A DNA stretch of 64,000 nt. Source: Bradymonadia bacterium (GTDB lineage Bacteria; Myxococcota_A; Bradymonadia; UBA7976; UBA1532). The notes beneath the pieces are model-generated. The model saw only the letters and a list, made by a program, of their open reading frames with translations, was not told the DNA's origin and searched no databases. The stretch covers positions 1 to 64,000 of the forward strand of contig JBKAGE010000050.1 of the NCBI GenBank assembly GCA_046290225.1, written 5' to 3'. Made by a program: the position numbers and the translations under genes. This document shows positions 38,301 through 45,695 of the stretch, in pieces. The stretch's first letter is position 1. Each line of letters starts with the position of its first letter.

Positions 38301-38605
38301 AGAAGCCTGGAGCCCAGCGTCGGCGTTCCATCGGCGCCGTTGGCCACGCGAAGATGGGGGCGACTCTGCAGAAGAACCGTCGGGTGAGCGTCGGCGATGT
38401 GGCGAAAGACACCAAGAGTCTCGAAGCCATGAGGAGCAAGGGGTTCTTGAGGAGGATGGCCAAGGGCTCAAACTCAGGCTTCAACACTGCTCAAGTCGTT
38501 CAGCGCAAATACAGTGTTTCGTACTCGGAGAGCAGCGATAGCGGCGGCAACATCATCACTGACCTGAGGGGCATGAGCCAGGGCAGGCGACCGTCGAAGA
38601 AGTGA
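32303..38605 (+). CDS. Secreted fused TcB/TcC-type RHS (YD-repeat) toxin: SpvB N-domain, FG-GAP/VCBS propeller, YD shell, RHS core, variable C-terminal cargo
   Basis: Signal peptide ...ANA-Q; 'LSYSSSGGNGLVGMGWSMGLPHIER' (SpvB); repeated D.NGDG..D; 'YYD..EKQFRGFA'; many YD repeats; 'YMGSRYYDPAVGRWTAPDP' and 'YGYTQGNPVNLYDADG' core end. Confidence 0.92.
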   Translation: MREWLKRSTRPLTLTIGMAALALGTANAQTGISDDRVSLPEGPGSFEGVGDNALAVGNTGDMSYGVPFVVAPGYATATPSLGLSYSSSGGNGLVGMGWSMGLPHIERMTSKRLPDYTEDDTFIFGGTELVRISDGEPAEYRARFEGSFTRYFWHQRDVEGGGYWRVLLPDGGVAWYGADAAGQIDYDSRFEGAAGVFRWHLVEQQDKFDHPIRYQYTVLDARPYLSRVDYLFDTSGNANAHIELDYEARADLVSDARSGINEIMSSRLTSVRAYSGEAQFRRYDLTYEDYPESGGVSRLAGVEQMGLNGTPFETTVSFEYSAPLTVGDAVIVDMGQVGASPITGDATLVDLNGDALPDMVDTSQPGAHRIYLNTLQSDGTHQFGAAIESARGARAGHQLSSPYVQMLDIDGDGRADLVNVQTGQVLLNKGGAAGSDWSALLDLNAVDALPNFGADGEIGGDELSSIRFFDYDNDRRIDVIRSTDVSTEIFANIGDGFEQVQGIEALGYGFETSRLELSDITGDGLLDATVVAAGSLSYRVNLGHGRWSAERTIIDLPYTQEQLDDVELEDINGDSLDDIVIVRSGQIQFALNRGGYRFDAFETVNTAGGQALPEVLDNTSVLFADMNGSGSDDVVYIAADGGVQYVELFPQRPHLLTHITNSHGVTQRIQYTTAAEALAEDDTEWAYALPFPMLMVSRIDVSDTVTPVVETTTYNYRDAYYDADEKQFRGFAYMTSREIGDASQPDTVRIDTYDLGQADSYYNGLQLTSATYSGDDLERPMATVTYAYTDCAIGDAPANTTPPIRFVCKIAEETTVQEGGPASEAVTMRTELQYGDFGELIAETSLGVVSVGGSGCGVCPDDGLFGTPCGAQCLGDERYAERAFIAPTDIEGGRWIVGLPTHQRERGVANSDVYAETRFYYDGDGFEGLPAGSATLGLMARSEALVSADSAVTMSMLRYDAHGNVVEALDADAPGDAAGYRARTVYDDLGLLIVAEERENFDPEGNVYTLRRETTYEPVFGQPQTSSNWFVVGDDASPSVAEYRYDDFGRVRAVIMPGDDAATPSVEYDYAYEGSITSMSRRQRTTLNAADTERHQVQCFDAAGRLFQDRVRLGGDRYQVSDHVVLNSSGDVWRRYVNYEADGAGCQLEAPEGTPYFENTFDALGRPLSTTLPDGELFDGASSVRTMTYRPLTKVFTDAEDNAGEASSPTVRYFDGAGRLVRQTYMRADGEDVDYTYRYDSLGRVVRIIDPEGNVREQAFDLLGQLLWSEDADRGRTQYTYDEAGLIAETTDGAGRRVRQSHDRLKRRTAIWDPEDEAGTKASFLYDLGAQCPEGFCTHPAEALVGVNYIAGDHTVELWYGRDARRRIEQVRWVIDGVPVDASITYDNISRVISETYPGDITLDYTYDVGDRVSSIAGIVDAMAYSELGPLTSIQYANGVQETFDRNVLSQTTRRLVEGPDGAPVLDLAYQYNRSGLMAEIIDQAPPRAGPGRSARFTYDDLYRLVEADLDADRADFAETLSYTYSANSKLTSKSSSRGASSSLHQGAYTYGEGAGPNALTQAGELTFAYDAAGLMTRRGDTEYSWDYMGRLVSAQRDGEILAKYAYAPSGQRIIRESGAHLAWELTPAFEIEDGMLLAHVRHNSKRVATIEVDTLATSVLPNPMDDGVIDIADAVLTADSDTDAIAERSLSSSVRRMLLDGEQRITWYHDDHTRSTAAITDADGQVVEQRSYAPYGMARHTDSGQETSYGYTGRHTDRDIGLTYMGSRYYDPAVGRWTAPDPGLIVFSEGDLATPIQFTDSYGYTQGNPVNLYDADGNNAVGAFALAGVGLITNFLTAGTSNIAGAIIGGVTGLVSSVTQEVMRYKVGKVKPTVWAVTKSIGTVVWSTFIHTMVGGALGVPWALADTGRAAAQTYISYRSYKTYKDGAPTSSTTKWEVANAIVGIASPNLLNSATAVRSVTAGLKGVYNAVSIVYKGWRRRRAERAARRRYVMGALKAQKPGAQRRRSIGAVGHAKMGATLQKNRRVSVGDVAKDTKSLEAMRSKGFLRRMAKGSNSGFNTAQVVQRKYSVSYSESSDSGGNIITDLRGMSQGRRPSKK

Positions 38606-38624
38606 GCCATGCTACGCTGACCTC

Positions 38625-40181
38625 ATGCGTGACTGGCACGAGGGCCCTCTGGCCCGGCGAACACCCCCCAGCGGTCCACTGGCCCTCCGCGGCCGCAACC
38701 CCATCCATCTGACCTTTCAGTCACTGCTCACCGTCTCCATTCTGAGCACCCTTCTCGGAGGCATGGCCGGGGCAAGCGTGCTGCCCTGGGTGGGCCTCGG
38801 CGGCCTGTTCACCGGCGTCGTGGGCTGGATGCTCGCCGAGCCTGTATCCTGGCGGGTGCTCAAGCGCCGCACGCGCCGACGGCTCGCCGAGGAGATGAAG
38901 CAACGCGGCTACACTCGCCTGAGCGGCAATCGCTGGGGTGATCCTGATGGTCGCTCCTCGCTGACATGGAAGCCCATCAGCCTCGACACCACCGAGGAGG
39001 TCGCCGTGGATCTGGTGGTGCACCGTGCCGGAGAGCTGCCCATCTCGTTGATCTTCGAAGCAGAGCAGGTGGCCCCCTCGGAGATGGAGGTTGGCCCCTT
39101 CAAAGGGCCGGTGGTCTTTGAAACGGGTGACGCCCAGTTCGACGGGCTCTACACATGCCGGGGGGATGACATCGCGCTGCGCAGCGTGCTCACCAGCTCG
39201 ATTCGGCGCGCCATGGAGGCCGTCCGTGATCCGCTGACCATCAATCATGGTTGTTTGACCGTGCGGGTAGACGGCAGTCCCATCGTGGCTGGAGATCCCT
39301 TCGAGCGTCTCGAGCCGCTTCGGAAGCTCGCCCGAGACCTCAGCGCCGTCGAAGAGCCGGGCCCGGCACAGCTCGCCGCCAATCTTGAGCAAGAGCAGGC
39401 GCCTGTGGCTCGGGCGCTGCTGCTCAAGTCGCTCAAAGCGGTGTCTCCAGAGGGCTTCGAAGTCGGCCACTACACCTCCGAGCCATGGTGTGAGCTGGCG
39501 CTCTCCATGAGCCACCCCGAAACTGAGGGGCGGTTGAGTGGCCTCGAGCGTTTTGTGCAGACCCGCCGTGAGGCTGCGTCGCTCGATTACGTACCTCGAC
39601 TGTTCTGGCTGGCCTTCGACGGGGCGATGCACCCCAGAGATGCGCTCGCCGAGCGCCAGGCGTCATTGCTGGAGCGGTTGCTCACCATCCCCGATCTACG
39701 CGTTGAGGTTGTGCTGCGGTTGTGCGCTATGCGGCCTCACTACGATGCCCTGCTTCGGGAAGCGCTGCTCCATGGCAGTGTGGCGGTGACCTGCCTCACG
39801 GCCACGCCTCACAAGGGCATACCCGAGCTGATCGCCACGGCGCCACGTGAGCGTGCGGAGCCGGTGCTGTTCCGGTTGCTGCAGGTGGAGCAGGGTACAG
39901 TGCGGGCCGAGGCCGTCCTTGCCCTGGGCAGCATCGGAGACGACAAGACGCTGCGCCGTCTGGAGCGGGAGATCGAAGGCAACTACACCGCTGGCTTCGA
40001 TCTGCGTCAGGCCCTTGATGTGGCGCGCAAGCGCATCAGAGCCTCCGCAGCGCAGGCAAAACGCGAAGCTGCCTCTGCTCAGGGGGGCATGCTCACGATC
40101 GTCGAGCCTGTAGAGGAGACAGGTGGGGGCTTGACCTTGAGTGCCCCTGATGGTGCTCTGAGCGCCGACGAGGGGGATTGA
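38625..40181 (+). CDS. Membrane-anchored HEAT-repeat protein, paralogue 1 (candidate immunity protein)
   Basis: Two N-terminal TMs, 'FETGDAQFD' domain, 'VRAEAVLALGSIG' HEAT repeat, C-terminal 'LTLSAPDGALS'; starts 19 bp after the toxin stop. Confidence 0.75.
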   Translation: MRDWHEGPLARRTPPSGPLALRGRNPIHLTFQSLLTVSILSTLLGGMAGASVLPWVGLGGLFTGVVGWMLAEPVSWRVLKRRTRRRLAEEMKQRGYTRLSGNRWGDPDGRSSLTWKPISLDTTEEVAVDLVVHRAGELPISLIFEAEQVAPSEMEVGPFKGPVVFETGDAQFDGLYTCRGDDIALRSVLTSSIRRAMEAVRDPLTINHGCLTVRVDGSPIVAGDPFERLEPLRKLARDLSAVEEPGPAQLAANLEQEQAPVARALLLKSLKAVSPEGFEVGHYTSEPWCELALSMSHPETEGRLSGLERFVQTRREAASLDYVPRLFWLAFDGAMHPRDALAERQASLLERLLTIPDLRVEVVLRLCAMRPHYDALLREALLHGSVAVTCLTATPHKGIPELIATAPRERAEPVLFRLLQVEQGTVRAEAVLALGSIGDDKTLRRLEREIEGNYTAGFDLRQALDVARKRIRASAAQAKREAASAQGGMLTIVEPVEETGGGLTLSAPDGALSADEGD

Positions 40182-40234
40182 GCGAGGGGCATCGTGCTGC
40201 CACATAGGAGCAAATCCAGGTCGACGGAGGTGTC

Positions 40235-41435
40235 ATGAGTTATGGCCATGACAGCGCTCGACTTTGGTATGCGCTCAAGGGTCAGCTTGTGGTCCCTCGG
40301 GTATCCATTGGAAACCTGGTCATCCTGTCGTTCATCGGGGCGTACGATGTGATGACAGATTCTCAGTGGTTGGCGTGGGGCACCATCGGCCTATGTCTAT
40401 GCGTTGTGGCCGACCAAATCATACAGAAGGCGAGGTGGTGGCAGATCGAGCGCCGTACGCGCCATCAACTACATCAACTTCTGTCAACTCAAGGCCTCGT
40501 CGCCCTCGACGCACTGCGTTGGCAAGAGCCATCAGGTGACTTCGTTCTGAGTTGGTCGTGGCGGTCGCAATTTGATGACGAAAGGGCCGTGAGGCATATG
40601 CTGTCATCGCGAGCATTCCCCTTGAAGCTGAGGATCGAGTTTCCTGAAGTGACCTTCGAGATGGTGCAGGTTGACATGCGACCCACATCACCAGATGTCG
40701 AGACGGGAGATCGCAGCTTCGACAGCAAGTATCGCGCTTCTGGAGACGTACACACCATCAGAGCCATGCTCACTGAACACGTGCGTCACCTCATTCTGTC
40801 AAGCAAGTATCAGATCGAGATAGACAAAGGGTGTCTCATCGGATGGACGATACACAGACCCGACAAATGTCTTGAGCACATCTCGGAGCTGAGAGCACTC
40901 GCGCATGCGTTGAAGGGGCAAAGGCGATGGATTCCCACACTGATCGAATACACTTTTCATGCTGAAACCCACCCAGGCGCGCGAAGTCTGCAGCTGTTGA
41001 GTTGGCTCGAGATGGTGGGTCCCGATGTTGTCGACGTGGACGCATACCGTGATGAGCCGTGGTGTGCACTGGCTCTGTCTGCGCGCACCGGCGACCTCAA
41101 CGCTCGCCTGGACGCCATCGAGGGCATCATGGACAACCTCTCCGATGAAGCGCTGTTACCCCAGAACAGACCCTTGTTCCTGGCGCGAGCGCTCGAAGAT
41201 GCCATGAGGCCAGCAGCATCACCGTCCTGTCGCGCTCGGCAACGCATCGTGCTTCAGCGCCTGCTTGAGCATCCTCGGTTCGTATGGACGGCGACACGGC
41301 TGCTCCGCAGGTTGCGTGAGCAATATGATGGGTGGCCAGCAGAATGAGAGGGCTCGCTCACGCCACATCGCTAGACACACAAGTGACTTGACCCGAAGCA
41401 GCCCTGATGGTGCCCTGAGCGTCGAACAGGGGCTT
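40235..41435 (+). pseudogene. Truncated/decayed paralogue 2 of the membrane HEAT protein
   Basis: ORF 40235-41347 has the TMs, 'VETGDRSFD' and 'EPWCALALS' but stops before the HEAT region; an out-of-frame remnant 'DLTRSSPDGALSVEQG' at about 41385-41432 matches the paralogues' C-terminus. Confidence 0.65.
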
Positions 41436-41437
41436 CA

Positions 41438-42982
41438 ATGCACGACTGGAATAGACAAGGCCTGTCCACCGTGATGGGCAGCAATCCGATTCATCGCGTT
41501 TTCAAGATTTGCCTGTGCACCTGCGCGCTCTTGATCATTTTAGGCCTGACGGCTGGTGGCCTGTTGTTGAGACAGATCGCCGGAGGTGGGCTTGTTTTGT
41601 GCGTCATCGGGTGGTTTGCCGCCGAGCCTGTCTCGTTGCGGATCCTCCGTCGCCGAACAGGAGAGCGTCTCGGAGCAGAGCTCGCCGAACGTGGATACAC
41701 AGATCTGCAGCTCGGGCGATGGCAGCCGCCCTCCGCTGATTACATCCTGCGGTGGGCACCGATTTCGCTCAAAGAGACGGAAGAGGTGGCGGTCGATCTG
41801 GTGTGCAGCCCACGAGGCGAGCTGCCCATCACTCTGTTGTTCGAGGCCAGGGATGTGGCCCCTCGGGGGGTGGAAATACTGACCGGCCTGCACGCTGGGG
41901 CCTTCGAGACCGGAGATGCGCTCTTTGACCAGCACTTCACCGCTCGGGGCGACGAGCACACCCTGCGGGCGTTGTTGAGCGAGCGTATCCGCAAGATCAT
42001 GTTGGAGGTGGCCGACGCCTTCACTCTCAAAAATGGCGTGCTCACCGCCGAGGTGCACGGCAGCCCGCTCAGAAAGGGGCAGCCCATCGATCGGATCGGG
42101 CCCCTGCACCTCGTCGCCAATGCGCTGCGGCGGGCCCAGCGCCTCGAGGTGGCGCCGTTGCTCCACAAGACCCTCGAGGCCGAGGGGCACCCCGTCGCCC
42201 GAGCCCTGCAGCTTCGAAGCCAGCAGTCGATGTCTGGTGGCGCAGAGCACCCGATGGTGTCACCGCACGAGGCGCCTTGGAGCGTGCTGGCGTTGTCCAC
42301 CCTGTTGCCCGGCATCGAGCAGAGGCTCGAGGCCATCCTCGCCGTGATGGAGTACGTGCCCGAAGATGCTTTGAGCGAGGCGCTGCCGAAGCTGTTCTGG
42401 TCAGCGTTCGATGGTGCCATGGCGCCGAGTGAGTCGGCGGAGACGCGTACGCAGCAGCACGCTGTGGTGGAGCACCTGCTCGAATATGGCGCCACGCGCT
42501 TGGGGGTGGTCCGCAAGCTCTTCGGGCTGCGACCCCACTATGACGCGCTTCTCCGAGACGCCCTTCTCCTGGAGGGGGTCGCCAGCCGTGCTCTCAGCGA
42601 GCGGCCACCCCGAGGCATCCCTGATTTGATCGCTACGGCGCCGCGGTCACAGGCAGAGCGGGTGCTCTTCCAGCTCTTGGAGGTCGAGCAGGGGGCTGTG
42701 CGGTCGGAGGCCACCATCGCCTTGGGTTCGATCGGCGATCAAGAGACGCTGCGCAAGCTGGAGCACATGATCGAGATGCACCCCACCGCAGGCCTCGACC
42801 TGCGGCAGGCCCTCGATCTCGCCCGGAAGCGCGTCGCTGGGCGGGAGGTGAAGGCCAGACGGGTACAGCGCGAGGCCGCCACGGGTCAGGAGGGCAGGCT
42901 GACCATCGTGGAGCCGGCCAGCGAGGGCAAACTCAGTCTGAGCGCACCCGACGGCGCTCTGAGCCGTGAAGAGGACGCCTGA
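41438..42982 (+). CDS. Membrane-anchored HEAT-repeat protein, paralogue 3
   Basis: Full-length similarity to 38625-40181 (NPIH, AEPVS, PISL..TEEVAVDLV, GELPI.L.FEA, RPHYDALLR, GIP.LIATAPR, LSAPDGALS). Confidence 0.75.
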   Translation: MHDWNRQGLSTVMGSNPIHRVFKICLCTCALLIILGLTAGGLLLRQIAGGGLVLCVIGWFAAEPVSLRILRRRTGERLGAELAERGYTDLQLGRWQPPSADYILRWAPISLKETEEVAVDLVCSPRGELPITLLFEARDVAPRGVEILTGLHAGAFETGDALFDQHFTARGDEHTLRALLSERIRKIMLEVADAFTLKNGVLTAEVHGSPLRKGQPIDRIGPLHLVANALRRAQRLEVAPLLHKTLEAEGHPVARALQLRSQQSMSGGAEHPMVSPHEAPWSVLALSTLLPGIEQRLEAILAVMEYVPEDALSEALPKLFWSAFDGAMAPSESAETRTQQHAVVEHLLEYGATRLGVVRKLFGLRPHYDALLRDALLLEGVASRALSERPPRGIPDLIATAPRSQAERVLFQLLEVEQGAVRSEATIALGSIGDQETLRKLEHMIEMHPTAGLDLRQALDLARKRVAGREVKARRVQREAATGQEGRLTIVEPASEGKLSLSAPDGALSREEDA

Positions 42983-43096
42983 TCGAGGTCATATCGCATT
43001 CAAAATGCGGGCATCGCCGGAAAATGTCGCATCACCTTGCACTCACCAGACACTCTGCCCGTTTACCCAAGCGAGCGAATCGAAGGAGCGAGCACC

Positions 43097-43720
43097 ATGA
43101 GCCGATGGTCGGCGGTGATGATGAGCGCAGCGATCTCCCTGGGGATGATGGCCTGCAACAGCGGCAGCAGCGGTGGTGGAGGCAGCAGCACACCAGATGG
43201 CGGCGCTGGCGGATCTCCCGATGCTGGCGGCTGTGAGCCCGGCACTCAGGGGTGTGCCTGCAACATGAACACGTGCGCCAGCGGACTGCAGTGCGTCTCC
43301 GAGGTGTGCGTGCCCGCCAACTGCAGCCCGGGCACCCTCGATTGTGTCTGTGCCGATGGCAACACCTGCGAGGGGGCGCTCTCCTGTGAAGGGGGCGTGT
43401 GCCAGATGGCCGAGATCCCCGCCGACGCACTGCAGGTCCAGGGCAACAACGTCCGGGGCTGCGACGTGATGTTCACCGAGGGCGACACCAAGGTGGCCGA
43501 GGTGCGCTTCAACGACGGTGTTGTGGGCCAGTTCCTGCGGCGCGATGGCAAGGTGGCGCTGTCTTTCATGGGCGCCAATGGGGGCACCCTATCCAACGTG
43601 GGCGCCATCGTCCTCGAGGGGGGTCAGGTGGCGACGAGCAGCGATCTGCAGCCTTCGCAGATGAAGTGCGTTGGCGCCGACGGCCAGCCTGTCGATGGCG
43701 CCATGGTTGTGCTTCAGTAA
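43097..43720 (+). CDS. Lipoprotein with two Cys-rich (EGF/EB-like) repeats and a C-terminal beta-sandwich-like domain
   Basis: Lipobox MMAC; 'C.PGT..C.C....TC..GL.C...VC' twice; AAGGAG RBS. Confidence 0.75.
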   Translation: MSRWSAVMMSAAISLGMMACNSGSSGGGGSSTPDGGAGGSPDAGGCEPGTQGCACNMNTCASGLQCVSEVCVPANCSPGTLDCVCADGNTCEGALSCEGGVCQMAEIPADALQVQGNNVRGCDVMFTEGDTKVAEVRFNDGVVGQFLRRDGKVALSFMGANGGTLSNVGAIVLEGGQVATSSDLQPSQMKCVGADGQPVDGAMVVLQ

Positions 43721-43727
43721 GCGGGCG

Positions 43728-44231
43728 CTACTCTTCGCCCTCCCAGTATCCGACGTACTCGTCGGCCTTCATGAACCCAAAGATGTATCGATCTTCATCT
43801 TGACCGCCAGGGGCCGCACCCCCGAAGACCCCGATCTTCTTGGAGTCCGGGTAGCCGCAGATGTCAGTGGCGTGCATCGTGGAGATGCACAGGTACTTTA
43901 GAGGCTCGTCGCCGGTGTTGATCATCTGATGGGCGTGCTCGGGGCCCGTGAGGCAGGCCACATAGTCGCCTGGGCCCACCTCGATGGCCTCGTCGCCGAT
44001 GCGCGCTACGCCTCGCCCGGAGAGCACATAGATGCCTTCCTCGTTGGCTGCGTGCCAGTGCCGGGGCCAGGAGCGCTTCCCTGGTGGTAATTCCACGTGA
44101 CTCACCCCGAGCTGTGACGCCCCTGCTGCGAGGGCGAGCCGGGTTTGCTTGAAGTGGTGTTTGCCCCGACGTGAGATCTCTCTGGGGGTGTGCTCGAGAG
44201 AGGCGATGTGAGGGTGCTTGCGTGCTGTCAT
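43728..44231 (-). CDS. Cupin domain protein
   Basis: 'LPPGKRSWPRHWHAANEEGIYVLSG', 'AHQMINTG', 'YPDS.K'. Confidence 0.88.
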   Translation of the reverse strand: MTARKHPHIASLEHTPREISRRGKHHFKQTRLALAAGASQLGVSHVELPPGKRSWPRHWHAANEEGIYVLSGRGVARIGDEAIEVGPGDYVACLTGPEHAHQMINTGDEPLKYLCISTMHATDICGYPDSKKIGVFGGAAPGGQDEDRYIFGFMKADEYVGYWEGEE

Positions 44232-44647
44232 GGCTTCCTCCCGTATGCGATGAAGACCCGGTGAGGGATCTGAAAGGGCCCGTCGCCAAGTGTGGCGAGC
44301 AGCGCTGAGAGATCAGCGTCGAAGGCGGCGATGAGATCGAAGTGCGCGTCGGGCAGTCCGGTCTCTTCCCCACGGGCGCATCGAAAGTCCACGCTCAGCC
44401 CTGCCGCCTCTGCTCGGGCGCGGCCCTGAGCGAGCTGTCCTTCAGCAGGATCTATCGCGGTGACCTGAGCGCCGCGGGCGGCAAGTGGCAATGCCACTGC
44501 TCCAGTGCCCGTGCCCACGTCGAGCACACGCTGCCCCGGTCTCTGAAGGCCCCGCTCAGTGAGCCGAACGAAGAAGCGATCGGGGAACCCTGCCCGGTGG
44601 CGGGCATAGTCTGTCGAGGTCTTCGACCAGTCTACAGTGTTGCTCAT
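44228..44647 (-). pseudogene. Class I SAM-dependent methyltransferase with apparent in-frame internal deletion
   Basis: 'DYARHRAGFP', 'VLDVGTGTG', '...PDAHFDLI' joined directly to a C-terminal-type 'AAFDADL...PHRVF'; only about 139 aa. Confidence 0.65.
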
Positions 44648-44677
44648 GAGATGCACTCCTGCAGTGTCGGCAGGTCA

Positions 44678-45586
44678 TCAAGCCATAGATACAGGGCCCT
44701 GAGCCAGACGGTTGGGCAGAGTGGCTTCGAGATGCGCCACGAAGGCCCGAACCCGAGGGGCGACATGACGAGATGAGGCGAAGACCGCCCTGATGGGCGC
44801 AGAAGGCAAGGCGTAGTCCGACAGTAAGGGTACGAGTCGTCCTTCGCGGATGGTCTGCTCGACGAGCCAGTCGGCGAGCAGCGCCACGCCATGACCCTCG
44901 ACGGCCAGATATCGCAGCGTGGCGCTGCTGTTCGCCGAGAGTCGGCCGGAGATCGGTACAGTGTGTCGCACGTCGCCCAAGCTGAGCACCCAGGTCTCCT
45001 GCACGCTCAGGCCGCCGTGGAGCAAGCACCTGTGTTGTACGAGGTCCTCTGGTGACTCCGGGGTGCCGTGAGATGCCAGATAGGCCGGCGCGGCCACGAG
45101 CCGTCGACTGGAGCGGGCGAGCAGGGTGGCGCGATGGCTCGAGTCCACCGGCCGCCCGACGCGGATCGCCACGTCGACGCCTTCTTCTACGAGGTTCACG
45201 TATCGATCAGAATAGATGATCTCCAGCTCCACCTCGGGGTGAGCGCGCATCCACTGAGAGAGCAGGGGGGACAAGAACAGTTGCCCGAAGACCACCGGCA
45301 CACTCACCCGCAGGCGCCCGCGCAAGGCCTGCTCACCTGAGGCACTCAGAGCGCTCTCCCAGGCATCGAGTACAGCACGCCCCCGGGTGTAGAGGGCATG
45401 GCCTGCGTCGGTGACCGACACCGAGCGGGTGGTGCGATCGAGCAACTGTACTTCGAAGGTGTCTTCGAGCCGGGCGATCCACTTGCTGATGGTGGGCTGG
45501 CCGACGCGCAGATCACGGGCTGCGGCAGAGAAAGATCCCCGCTCCACCACCCGAACGAAGGCCTCGAGGGCGGCGATGCGATCCAT
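44678..45586 (-). CDS. LysR-family transcriptional regulator (CrgA-like)
   Basis: 'FVRVVERGSFSAAARDL', 'LLDRTTRSV', 'NLVEEGVDVAIRVG'. Confidence 0.93.
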   Translation of the reverse strand: MDRIAALEAFVRVVERGSFSAAARDLRVGQPTISKWIARLEDTFEVQLLDRTTRSVSVTDAGHALYTRGRAVLDAWESALSASGEQALRGRLRVSVPVVFGQLFLSPLLSQWMRAHPEVELEIIYSDRYVNLVEEGVDVAIRVGRPVDSSHRATLLARSSRRLVAAPAYLASHGTPESPEDLVQHRCLLHGGLSVQETWVLSLGDVRHTVPISGRLSANSSATLRYLAVEGHGVALLADWLVEQTIREGRLVPLLSDYALPSAPIRAVFASSRHVAPRVRAFVAHLEATLPNRLAQGPVSMA

Positions 45587-45598
45587 GGCTGCTCCTTT

Positions 45599-45615
45599 TA
45601 TGCCAATTGGGAATA
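45599..45615. promoter_or_regulatory. Putative LysR recognition box
   Basis: Imperfect palindrome TATGCC-AATTG-GGAATA containing T-N11-A in the divergent intergenic region next to the LysR start. Confidence 0.4.
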
Positions 45616-45695
45616 AGAGATAGCATGACTCTGCTGATGCGGACCTGCTCAGGCATCAATATGCTGGCTTCACCTTCAACACAGGAGCACTTCAC

